A stretch of DNA of 32,000 nt. It comes from Archaeoglobus fulgidus DSM 4304 (GTDB lineage Archaea; Halobacteriota; Archaeoglobi; Archaeoglobales; Archaeoglobaceae). Under the pieces are notes generated by a model that saw nothing but the letters and a program-made list of their open reading frames with translations, did no database searches and was not told the DNA's origin. Below are positions 8,630 through 15,547 of this stretch, piece after piece. Within the stretch, counting starts at the first letter, position 1. The number at the start of each line of letters is the position of its first letter. The stretch lies in the NCBI RefSeq assembly GCF_000008665.1, contig NC_000917.1, forward strand, positions 750,001-782,000, in the 5' to 3' direction. The position numbers were made by a program, and so were the translations under genes.

Positions 8630-9895
8630 ATGAATCCTTCAGACGTCTTCCAAATCATCGAAGGGCATACCAAACTGATGCGGGACTCCATACCGCTGAT
8701 TGCCAGTGAGAACTTAACCTCCCTCTCCGTGAGGAGGTGTTACGTTTCCGATCTCGGCCACAGGTATGCGGAGGGAAGAGTGGGGGAGAGGTTCTACGAG
8801 GGCTGCAAGTATGTTGACCAAATCGAGAGCATGGCGATTGAGTTAACGAGAAAAATATTTGAGGCTGAGCACGCAAACGTCCAGCCAATTTCCGGTGTTG
8901 TTGCGAACCTCGCAGCCTTTTTCGCTCTGACAAATGTTGGAGACACCATTATGAGCATCTCCGTCCCTTGTGGCGGGCACATAAGCCACGATAGGGTTTC
9001 TGCGGCTGGTTTGAGAGGGTTGAGGGTGATTCACTATCCCTTTAACAGCGAGGAGATGAGCGTTGACGTTGACGAGACGAGAAAGGTTGCAGAAAGGGAG
9101 AGGCCGAAGCTCTTCATCCTCGGCTCGTCCCTCATACTCTTCAGGCAGCCTGTGAAGGAGATTAGGGAGATTGCGGACGAAATTGGCGCTTACGTAATGT
9201 ACGACGCCAGCCACGTTCTCGGACTCATTGCCGGAAAGGCCTTCCAGAACCCGCTCAAGGAGGGGGCAGACGTAATGACCGGCAGCACCCACAAGACCTT
9301 CTTCGGCCCACAGAGAGCAATAATCGCCAGCAGAAAGGAGCTTGCCGAGAAGGTTGACAGGGCCGTATTTCCGGGGGTGGTGAGCAACCACCACCTTAAC
9401 ACCCTTGCAGGCTATGTTGTTGCCGCAATGGAAATGCTGGAGTTCGGTGAGGATTACGCAAAGCAGGTGGTTAGGAATGCAAAGGCTCTGGCGGAGGAGC
9501 TTTACAGCCTCGGCTACAAGGTTCTCGGAGAGAAGAGGGGGTTCACCGAAACCCATCAGGTGGCCGTTGACGTCAGGGAGTTCGGAGGTGGGGAGAGGGT
9601 GGCGAAAGTCCTCGAAAATGCAGGAATCATACTTAACAAGAACCTGCTGCCTTGGGACTCCCTCGAAAAGACCGCAAATCCGTCGGGAATAAGAATTGGA
9701 GTGCAGGAGGTAACGAGAATTGGAATGAAGGAGGAAGAGATGAGGGCGATTGCAGAAATCATGGATGCGGCGATAAAGGAGAAAAAATCCGTCGATGAGC
9801 TTAGGAACGAGGTTAAGGAGCTTAAAGAGAGGTTTAACGTTATAAAGTATAGTTTTGACGAGAGCGAAGCTTACCACTTCCCCGATTTGAGATGA
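8630..9895 (+). CDS. glyA: Serine hydroxymethyltransferase
   Basis: Clear SHMT over its whole length (LIASENLTS, YAEG, the TGSTHKTFFGPQR PLP-lysine motif). The track start at 8486 would overlap nnr by 95 nt on the opposite strand. I prefer ATG at 8630 (MNPSDVFQIIEGHTK...), at leaderless distance from the TATA box. Confidence 0.9.
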   Translation: MNPSDVFQIIEGHTKLMRDSIPLIASENLTSLSVRRCYVSDLGHRYAEGRVGERFYEGCKYVDQIESMAIELTRKIFEAEHANVQPISGVVANLAAFFALTNVGDTIMSISVPCGGHISHDRVSAAGLRGLRVIHYPFNSEEMSVDVDETRKVAERERPKLFILGSSLILFRQPVKEIREIADEIGAYVMYDASHVLGLIAGKAFQNPLKEGADVMTGSTHKTFFGPQRAIIASRKELAEKVDRAVFPGVVSNHHLNTLAGYVVAAMEMLEFGEDYAKQVVRNAKALAEELYSLGYKVLGEKRGFTETHQVAVDVREFGGGERVAKVLENAGIILNKNLLPWDSLEKTANPSGIRIGVQEVTRIGMKEEEMRAIAEIMDAAIKEKKSVDELRNEVKELKERFNVIKYSFDESEAYHFPDLR

Positions 9896-10845
9896 AGGTT
9901 TTCATAGACCCCGATGGGGACATTGAAGAGATAAAGGAGGCTTTCAGACTAATCAACCCGGAACTTTACGAGAGATTGCTTAAAATTGACGGAAGCGACG
10001 AGTTTTTCAGGTACATGGTAAAACCGCTGAGAGTCAGTGTTAGGGTGAACACACTTAAGGCGGAAGTTGATGAGGTGGTCGAGAATCTGAAGGAGCTAAT
10101 CACTGGAAGAGTTCCGTGGTGCGAAGAGGGGTTTTACCTCTCCATCGACGAGTTTTCGAGAATTCCAGAGCATCAGCTCGGTTTGATTTTCTCACAGGAA
10201 GCAGCATCGATGATACCACCCCTTGTCATGGAACTGGAACCGAAAATGACGGTGCTCGACATTGCCGCCTCTCCCGGAGCCAAAACCACGCAGATTGCCC
10301 AGTACCTGCAGAACGAGGGGTGCATCGTCGCGAACGATGTAAAGCACTCGAGAATAAACATTCTCATCTCCAACCTGCAGAGGTGCGGAGTTCTGATCGC
10401 AAAGGTTACGGTCAAGGACGGAAGGTACTTCGGAAGGTTCAGAAACAGGTTTGATGCCGTGCTTGTCGACGCTCCGTGCAGTAACATGGGAATGATAAGA
10501 AAGAACTACAGAAACATAAGGCTCTGGAAAATGAGGGACTGCTACGGACTTTCAAAGCTGCAGAAAAGCCTTTTAATGGCTGCCTACAAAGCGGTAAAGC
10601 CCGGTGGTGTAGTAGTTTATTCAACATGTACTCTGGAGCCAATTGAGAATGAGGAGGTAGTGGACTACATCCTGAGAAACACAGATGCCGAGATAGAGGA
10701 GGTAAATCTACCCGTGAAGGGTGTGGAGCCGTTTACGAAATTTGACGGTAAAGAATACAGCGAGGAGGTGAGAAAATGCCTTCGCCTTCATCCCCAGAGC
10801 AGCGACACAGAGGGGTTCTTCGTGGCGAAGTTGAGGAAACCGTGA
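9892..10845 (+). CDS. RNA (tRNA/rRNA) cytosine-C5 methyltransferase, NOL1/NOP2/Sun (RsmB/RsmF/Trm4) family
   Basis: 317 aa. SAM-binding LDIAASPGAKT, catalytic motif IV DAPCSNMG and motif VI YSTCTLEPIENE. ATGA overlap with the glyA stop. Confidence 0.85.
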   Translation: MKVFIDPDGDIEEIKEAFRLINPELYERLLKIDGSDEFFRYMVKPLRVSVRVNTLKAEVDEVVENLKELITGRVPWCEEGFYLSIDEFSRIPEHQLGLIFSQEAASMIPPLVMELEPKMTVLDIAASPGAKTTQIAQYLQNEGCIVANDVKHSRINILISNLQRCGVLIAKVTVKDGRYFGRFRNRFDAVLVDAPCSNMGMIRKNYRNIRLWKMRDCYGLSKLQKSLLMAAYKAVKPGGVVVYSTCTLEPIENEEVVDYILRNTDAEIEEVNLPVKGVEPFTKFDGKEYSEEVRKCLRLHPQSSDTEGFFVAKLRKP

Positions 10846-11228
10846 GGAGACTGCTTAAAGAGCAGTTCGAAGCGGAGCTTCCGGAGGATATCAGGTTTTA
10901 CATGGGCGGGAAGAGCAGAGTTTACGCGTACAAGAGCTGCGAGTTTGACGAAATTGCCTCGCACAGGGGGATTTATTTTGGCACAATCGAGAGGGACGGG
11001 TTGAGGCTGTCCATTGAGGGGAGCTTCATTGCCGGCAAACTTGCCAAGAAAAACGTAATCGAGCTTGATGAGGAGAGCTTCGGCAGATGGATGAGGGGAG
11101 AGGATATTGAGGCGGATGTTAAAGGTTACTGCATAGTGAAACACGGGAGCTACTTCGCCGGATGCGGGAAGGGGAACGGGAGAGTGCTCAGGAACTTCGT
11201 GCCGAAGGACAGAAGGGTAATCGATTAA
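10842..11228 (+). CDS. Stand-alone PUA-like RNA-binding domain resembling the C-terminal domain of RsmF-type methyltransferases
   Basis: The track ORF begins at 10776 inside the methyltransferase gene. An in-frame GTG at 10842 overlaps the methyltransferase stop (GTGA). This gives 128 aa ending ...GSYFAGCGKGNGRVLRNFVPKDRRV, which matches my memory of the G.GK....R.KN..PK..R ending of the RsmF PUA-like domain. Confidence 0.55.
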   Translation: MRRLLKEQFEAELPEDIRFYMGGKSRVYAYKSCEFDEIASHRGIYFGTIERDGLRLSIEGSFIAGKLAKKNVIELDEESFGRWMRGEDIEADVKGYCIVKHGSYFAGCGKGNGRVLRNFVPKDRRVID

Positions 11229-11235
11229 GGAAACC

Positions 11236-11245
11236 TTATAAATTT
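11236..11245 (+). promoter_or_regulatory. Putative TATA box for mdh (leaderless geometry)
   Basis: TTATAAATTT is centred about 23 nt upstream of the mdh ATG at 11263. Confidence 0.4.
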
Positions 11246-11262
11246 AGCATCAAATTTTCTTC

Positions 11263-12147
11263 ATGAAACTCGGTTTTGTTGGTGCGGGAAGGGTTGGAAG
11301 CACTTCAGCATTCACGTGTTTGCTAAACCTTGACGTTGACGAGATAGCACTTGTGGATATAGCCGAAGACCTCGCAGTTGGGGAGGCAATGGATTTGGCT
11401 CACGCAGCGGCGGGAATAGACAAGTACCCGAAAATAGTTGGTGGGGCGGACTACTCACTGCTTAAGGGTAGTGAAATCATCGTCGTCACTGCAGGCCTCG
11501 CAAGAAAGCCGGGGATGACCCGCTTAGACTTGGCGCACAAAAATGCGGGAATAATCAAGGACATTGCTAAAAAGATCGTCGAAAACGCTCCTGAGAGCAA
11601 GATTCTGGTCGTGACAAACCCGATGGACGTTATGACTTACATAATGTGGAAGGAGAGCGGAAAGCCGAGAAATGAGGTTTTCGGCATGGGCAACCAGCTC
11701 GATTCGCAGAGATTGAAGGAGAGGCTTTACAATGCCGGGGCGAGAAACATCAGGAGGGCATGGATAATTGGAGAGCACGGAGACAGCATGTTCGTTGCCA
11801 AAAGCCTTGCCGACTTCGACGGAGAGGTGGACTGGGAAGCTGTGGAGAATGACGTCAGATTTGTAGCTGCTGAAGTAATAAAGAGGAAGGGAGCTACAAT
11901 TTTCGGTCCCGCCGTAGCAATTTACCGCATGGTTAAAGCCGTTGTTGAGGATACCGGCGAAATCATCCCGACAAGCATGATTCTGCAGGGCGAATACGGA
12001 ATTGAGAACGTGGCTGTGGGAGTTCCCGCAAAGCTCGGAAAGAATGGGGCGGAGGTTGCGGACATCAAGCTTAGTGACGAGGAAATTGAGAAGCTAAGAA
12101 ACTCCGCCAAGATTTTAAGGGAGAGGCTTGAGGAACTCGGATATTAG
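11263..12147 (+). CDS. mdh: Malate dehydrogenase, LDH-like [LDH-like MDH] family
   Basis: 294 aa. Rossmann GAGRVGS, VVTAGLARKPGMTRLDL, VTNPMD and the catalytic IGEHGDS context. Confidence 0.92.
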   Translation: MKLGFVGAGRVGSTSAFTCLLNLDVDEIALVDIAEDLAVGEAMDLAHAAAGIDKYPKIVGGADYSLLKGSEIIVVTAGLARKPGMTRLDLAHKNAGIIKDIAKKIVENAPESKILVVTNPMDVMTYIMWKESGKPRNEVFGMGNQLDSQRLKERLYNAGARNIRRAWIIGEHGDSMFVAKSLADFDGEVDWEAVENDVRFVAAEVIKRKGATIFGPAVAIYRMVKAVVEDTGEIIPTSMILQGEYGIENVAVGVPAKLGKNGAEVADIKLSDEEIEKLRNSAKILRERLEELGY

Positions 12148-12183
12148 ACACAAACCTTTTATTTTTTAATGCAAAAGACTTTC

Positions 12184-13044
12184 ATGGTTACGTATTCAGA
12201 CCCGATGGCATCGCTAAGCGGGCTGTTCTGGATACTGCTCTTCCTTTATCTGATCTTTGCGCCTCAGCTGAAGCACCAGCAGCTTTTGGCGGCACGAAGG
12301 AGGGCTATGCGCAGGATAGGGATGAAGAGGGGAAGTAACGTCATAACGATGATTCATCGCCAGGAGAGCATAGGCTTTCTGGGCATTCCGATTTACCGCT
12401 TCATAGACATCGACGATTCGGAGAAGGTTCTGAGGGCGATAAGGAGCACACCTAAGGACAAGCCGATTGACCTGATCATCCACACTCCCGGAGGGCTTGT
12501 TCTTGCCGCAACGCAGATAGCCAAGGCTCTCCACGACCACCCGGCGAAAACAACCGTAATAGTCCCGCACTACGCCATGAGCGGAGGGACGCTTATCGCC
12601 CTTGCAGCGGACGAGATTCTGATCGACCCCCACGCTGTTCTCGGCCCCGTTGACCCACAGCTCATGAACTATCCCGCTCCGTCAATTCTGAAGGTGGTCG
12701 AGAAGAAGGAGCCGAAGGACATCGACGATAAAACGCTCATCATGGCGGATATAGCAGAGAAGGCGATTAACCAGGTCAGAGAGACTGTCTTCAACTTGCT
12801 CAAGGACAAAATGGATGAGGAGAAAGCGAGGGAGGTGGCGAAGATACTCACCGAGGGCAGGTGGACTCACGATTACCCGCTTACCGTTGAAGAGCTAAGG
12901 CAGCTCGGCCTTAAAGTTTCAACAGACGTTCCGGAGGAGGTTTACGAGCTGATGGAGCTCTACCCGCAGCCGATGATGCAGAGGCATCCCGGGGTGGAGT
13001 TCGTTCCAAGTCCCCCGAAGGGGGAAAAGCCCTCTTTTAAATAA
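12184..13044 (+). CDS. Membrane-anchored ClpP-fold serine protease (SDH_sah / serine dehydrogenase proteinase family)
   Basis: N-terminal TM (LFWILLFLYLIFA), then HTPGGLV..A.QIA, then the PHYAMSGGTLIALAADEI nucleophile context. The track ATG at 12169 abuts a TTTTATTTTTTAA box. ATG at 12184 fits a leaderless start, and 12205 is another option. Confidence 0.7.
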   Translation: MVTYSDPMASLSGLFWILLFLYLIFAPQLKHQQLLAARRRAMRRIGMKRGSNVITMIHRQESIGFLGIPIYRFIDIDDSEKVLRAIRSTPKDKPIDLIIHTPGGLVLAATQIAKALHDHPAKTTVIVPHYAMSGGTLIALAADEILIDPHAVLGPVDPQLMNYPAPSILKVVEKKEPKDIDDKTLIMADIAEKAINQVRETVFNLLKDKMDEEKAREVAKILTEGRWTHDYPLTVEELRQLGLKVSTDVPEEVYELMELYPQPMMQRHPGVEFVPSPPKGEKPSFK

Positions 13045-13048
13045 TCAC

Positions 13049-13059
13049 CACATCAAACC
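13049..13059. repeat. Target-site duplication, left copy (CACATCAAACC)
   Basis: An identical 11-mer recurs at 14273..14283, immediately outside the other IS end. Confidence 0.8.
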
Positions 13060-13062
13060 GGT

Positions 13063-13076
13063 TTTGGGACAAAATT
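13063..13076. repeat. IS terminal inverted repeat, left
   Basis: TTTGGGACAAAATT is the exact reverse complement of 14257..14270. Confidence 0.85.
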
Positions 13077-13079
13077 CCT

Positions 13080-13238
13080 TTAATCCCTGACAACAATCAC
13101 ATACGCTCTCCACCCAATATACCTCTTGGGCACATCAACCTTTGCTGAATTACCGAAAGGCGTGACTCTCTTCTCGAAAACAACCTCAACCTCCTCTTTC
13201 AGAACAAAATCTCCCTTCTTCACTTCAACCCTCCTCAT
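13080..13238 (-). CDS. Small IS-encoded protein, AbrB/SpoVT-like (DUF2080, putative transposon-encoded protein)
   Basis: MRRVEVKKGDFVLKEEVEVVFEKRVTPFGNSAKVDVPKRYIGWRAYVIVVRD (52 aa). The G-N-S-A-K-V-x-V-P-K...G motif is typical of swapped-hairpin AbrB-like DNA binders. The track ORF (to 13490) is over-extended across the transposase start. ATG at 13238 sits 26 nt from the internal A/T box centre; the alternative is ATG at 13253. Confidence 0.55.
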   Translation of the reverse strand: MRRVEVKKGDFVLKEEVEVVFEKRVTPFGNSAKVDVPKRYIGWRAYVIVVRD

Positions 13239-13255
13239 GTTAAGTATATCCATAG

Positions 13256-13271
13256 AAATACTTAAATACTT
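13256..13271. promoter_or_regulatory. IS-internal bidirectional promoter candidate: tandem AAATACTT AAATACTT
   Basis: Perfect 8-mer x2. Its centre (~13264) is 26 nt from the transposase ATG (13290) and 26 nt from the small-ORF ATG (13238). Confidence 0.45.
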
Positions 13272-13289
13272 TTTGGTTGGAATCAGAAC

Positions 13290-14258
13290 ATGAACCTTGG
13301 ATTCAGAGTGACAGGGAAGTTTGTAAGGGAACTTCTGGATGTTTTGGATGAAATTGCAGAGGAGATAAGACAGGAGGAGAAGGAAAAGTATCCGTACACA
13401 GAATGGGAGAGGAAGAGAGAAGTTGTTAAGGAAAGGCTGAGAAAACTCCCTGAATACGTTAGAGAGGCTATTTCTGTGATAACCGTGCAAAAGAGGGTGG
13501 GAAGACCAAAGAAAGTTGATCTGGAGAAGAGAGTTATGCTCTTTCTGTTTGCAAGGCTGATGGACAAATCAAACAGAGATATTGAGGAGCTTTTAGAGCT
13601 GTTTGAACCTTTATTCGGGATAAAGGTTAGCTACAAAACGATAGAAAGATTATACTCGGATGAAGAAGTTAGAATGGCTTTACACAACCTCTTCATCCTT
13701 CTGCTTAGAGAGGAAGGAGTTTCAGGAGATTTTTCAGGAGATGGGACAGGATACAGCCTAACCATCACTAAGCACTATAGAAGCAATCCTAAAAGGAAAG
13801 GTAAAGACTTCAGATACGTTTTCAGGATAATTGACATCGATACGGGAATGTACGTTGGCTTTGGCTATTCTGACAGATCTGAGAAAGATGCCTTTGAGAA
13901 GGCTTTAGGAATGCTCAAAAGCATGGGGGTGAAGGTAAACTCGATTTCTCTGGATAAGTATTACAGCAGTAGGAAGACTCTGAGGCTGTTTGATGCTGAG
14001 ACAGCTGTCTACGTCATTCCAAAGCGAAATCTTGCCAGAATAGGATTTGACTGGTTGAGGGTTATCGAGAGGATTGTTGAAGCTCCTTATAGGTTTCTGA
14101 AGAGGTACTTCAAGAGGAACTTAAGTGAGGCAGGATTTTCTGCTGATAAGAGGAGATTTGGATGGTTGATAAGGCAGAGGAGGGAGGACAGGAGAGAGAT
14201 GGCTTTGTTTGCTGTTGGGCTGTGGCACAATGTGTTTGCTGTTAGGGTGGTGAGGTAA
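13290..14258 (+). CDS. IS transposase (DDE-type candidate)
   Basis: 322 aa. Acidic candidates sit in DFSGDGTGYSL, ISLDKYYSS and a downstream LSEAGF. A basic N-terminal region (QKRVGRPKK) suggests DNA binding. The stop codon lies inside the right inverted repeat. Confidence 0.8.
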   Translation: MNLGFRVTGKFVRELLDVLDEIAEEIRQEEKEKYPYTEWERKREVVKERLRKLPEYVREAISVITVQKRVGRPKKVDLEKRVMLFLFARLMDKSNRDIEELLELFEPLFGIKVSYKTIERLYSDEEVRMALHNLFILLLREEGVSGDFSGDGTGYSLTITKHYRSNPKRKGKDFRYVFRIIDIDTGMYVGFGYSDRSEKDAFEKALGMLKSMGVKVNSISLDKYYSSRKTLRLFDAETAVYVIPKRNLARIGFDWLRVIERIVEAPYRFLKRYFKRNLSEAGFSADKRRFGWLIRQRREDRREMALFAVGLWHNVFAVRVVR

Positions 14259-15205
14259 TTTTGTCCCAAAGTCACATCAAACCCCATATTTTTTAAAATT
14301 CTCGCTACCTCCCTCTTCCTATCGGTGAACGCCAGGACTCTGCCCTCTGCGTAGGCATCAACCACCTTCTCGGCAGCGAGAACATCATTCTGCTCGTTGA
14401 CTTCTATGAATCTTGCATTGAGCCTTTCCGCGTAGCTTTCATCCTTCGAATCCGTCAGATACAGCAGCATATCGAGTAAAGAGGTCCTGTATCCGTTTTT
14501 GAACTCCGAGCCGTCGCTTGCTTCAATACTCTCAACGCAGCCGAGCCAGTAAACGATGAGGCCGTTACCGAACATCTCGTAGTACTTTGAGTACTGCTTT
14601 TTCCAGTAAAGGTCGTGGCTCCTCGGATCGCCGAAAAGGGCCTTGCTCTCGATCCACTTCAACTCCTCTCCCATGAACTCCACCGGCTCCTCGAAGTAGA
14701 AGTCCGGAGTCTTGCTGAACCGGCCCTTCAAGTCCTTCTCGGTCAGAAACTCAATTCCGGCCTTTTCAAGCTCGTATGCCAGACCCCTCTCCCCCAGCTT
14801 TCCTCTCGCCCTCTGAAGCCTTGCGGCAATAGGGGAGTAAACGTAGTCGCTCAAAACGGCCTTTCTAATCTGCTCTGCGAGCTTCTCATCCTCAACAACA
14901 TCCTCAGGATTTCGGAGAGCTTTGTTTATCGACTTCGCTGAAAATCCCATGCCCTTCATGAGCAGCCTTATCTTCATCACAGGCGGTAGGGTGAGCCACT
15001 TCGGAAACTTCTTCTCCCTTTCCCAGTAGCTTATAATTTCCGGAATTCTCTCCGCGAAGGTGTGGTACTTCCTCTTCACACTGTCAACCTTCTTCTGCTG
15101 CAGAATGCAGTGCAGCGTTCCTCTGGGATAAGGAAGCTTCCGAATGTCGCTGAGCGTCTTCAGCTCCCTCCTGATTTTCAAAAACTCTTTGACAGCTATC
15201 CTCAT
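14087..15205 (-). CDS. TPD-motif PD-(D/E)xK nuclease-like protein (archaeal CDIN1/C15orf41 homologue); 3' end recoded by the IS insertion
   Basis: Core SKTPDFYFEEPVEFMGEELKWIESKALFGD carries the D (in TPD) and the E-x-K (IESK) of a PD-(D/E)xK site, preceded by a helical, HTH-like N-terminal half. The reading frame crosses the target duplication at ...KNMGFDV and continues 62 codons into the IS. The pre-insertion end reconstructs as ...GFDVVII-stop at 13039..13037. The start is ATG 15205 or GTG 15208, overlapping the upstream stop. Confidence 0.6.
   Translation of the reverse strand: MRIAVKEFLKIRRELKTLSDIRKLPYPRGTLHCILQQKKVDSVKRKYHTFAERIPEIISYWEREKKFPKWLTLPPVMKIRLLMKGMGFSAKSINKALRNPEDVVEDEKLAEQIRKAVLSDYVYSPIAARLQRARGKLGERGLAYELEKAGIEFLTEKDLKGRFSKTPDFYFEEPVEFMGEELKWIESKALFGDPRSHDLYWKKQYSKYYEMFGNGLIVYWLGCVESIEASDGSEFKNGYRTSLLDMLLYLTDSKDESYAERLNARFIEVNEQNDVLAAEKVVDAYAEGRVLAFTDRKREVARILKNMGFDVTLGQNYLTTLTANTLCHSPTANKAISLLSSLLCLINHPNLLLSAENPASLKFLLKYLFRNL
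14257..14270. repeat. IS terminal inverted repeat, right
   Basis: AATTTTGTCCCAAA is the exact reverse complement of 13063..13076. Confidence 0.85.
14273..14283. repeat. Target-site duplication, right copy (CACATCAAACC)
   Basis: Identical to 13049..13059. Confidence 0.8.
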
Positions 15206-15474
15206 CACAACCCCCTTAGCGAGTAAACGAAGAGAACCCTCACCCTGCTCCCCCTAAGCCCAGCATACTTCGTCGACATCTTTATCCTTAACTTCATCGA
15301 TTTTCTTAGCTTGGAAATGAACTTCCTCGCCTCGTTAACGTCCTCAAAGTAAATATCCAGTCCGTTTTTGGCCTTCTCCACTTCCGCGTTCCTTTTCAGC
15401 GCCATGTTCCTCACGATTTCAATCTTATCCGGCTGAACATCTCTCACCTGCACTATGCAGGGATGGTTCACCAC
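15205..15474 (-). CDS. Small protein resembling a fragment of the Nmd3 N-terminal domain (no Cys clusters)
   Basis: 89 aa. [37 protein letters not shown]...VLFVYSLR parallels the GGxDFYF...A.K...FL.....S..L...D.......F.YSV segment of Nmd3 as I recall it. GTG start, uncertain. ACTTTAAAG box about 25-30 nt upstream. Confidence 0.4.
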
Positions 15475-15547
15475 TGTCGCTATTGGTATCTCGGCTTTAA
15501 AGTTATTTTCTAAAAAAGATTAAATTTCCCCAAATCGAAGGTAGGTT

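Larger units (their letters stand above)
13060..14272. mobile_element. Complete insertion sequence, ~1213 bp, two divergent ORFs (probably the element named ISA1214 in the A. fulgidus genome paper; family assignment unverified)
   Basis: Bounded by a perfect 14-bp inverted repeat, TTTGGGACAAAATT (13063..13076) / AATTTTGTCCCAAA (14257..14270), and flanked by an 11-bp direct duplication. It contains a 322-aa transposase-like ORF and a small divergent ORF. It looks visibly more A/T-rich than its flanks (by eye). Confidence 0.85.

Noticed and set aside
9063-9077. The 15-mer TTGACGTTGACGAGA is repeated at 11330..11344 (glyA and mdh)
   Set aside because: Both copies encode (V/L)DVDE in frame, so this is explained by shared codon usage for a short acidic peptide. 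No extended similarity flanks either copy.
8843-9877. 344-aa ORF on the minus strand covering most of glyA
   Set aside because: It is antisense to an unmistakable SHMT gene. The product is low-complexity (Leu/Arg/Ser/His-rich) with no recognisable motif. Long stop-free antisense frames are expected with this codon bias.
10776-10841. Track start 10776 for the PUA-like ORF
   Set aside because: These 22 codons lie inside the methyltransferase gene in another frame. The GTG at 10842 gives the stop/start overlap typical of this window.
13239-13490. Long version (136 aa) of the small IS ORF
   Set aside because: The extension runs across the internal promoter and antisense into the transposase gene. 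Only the C-terminal 52-57 aa look like a real AbrB-like domain.
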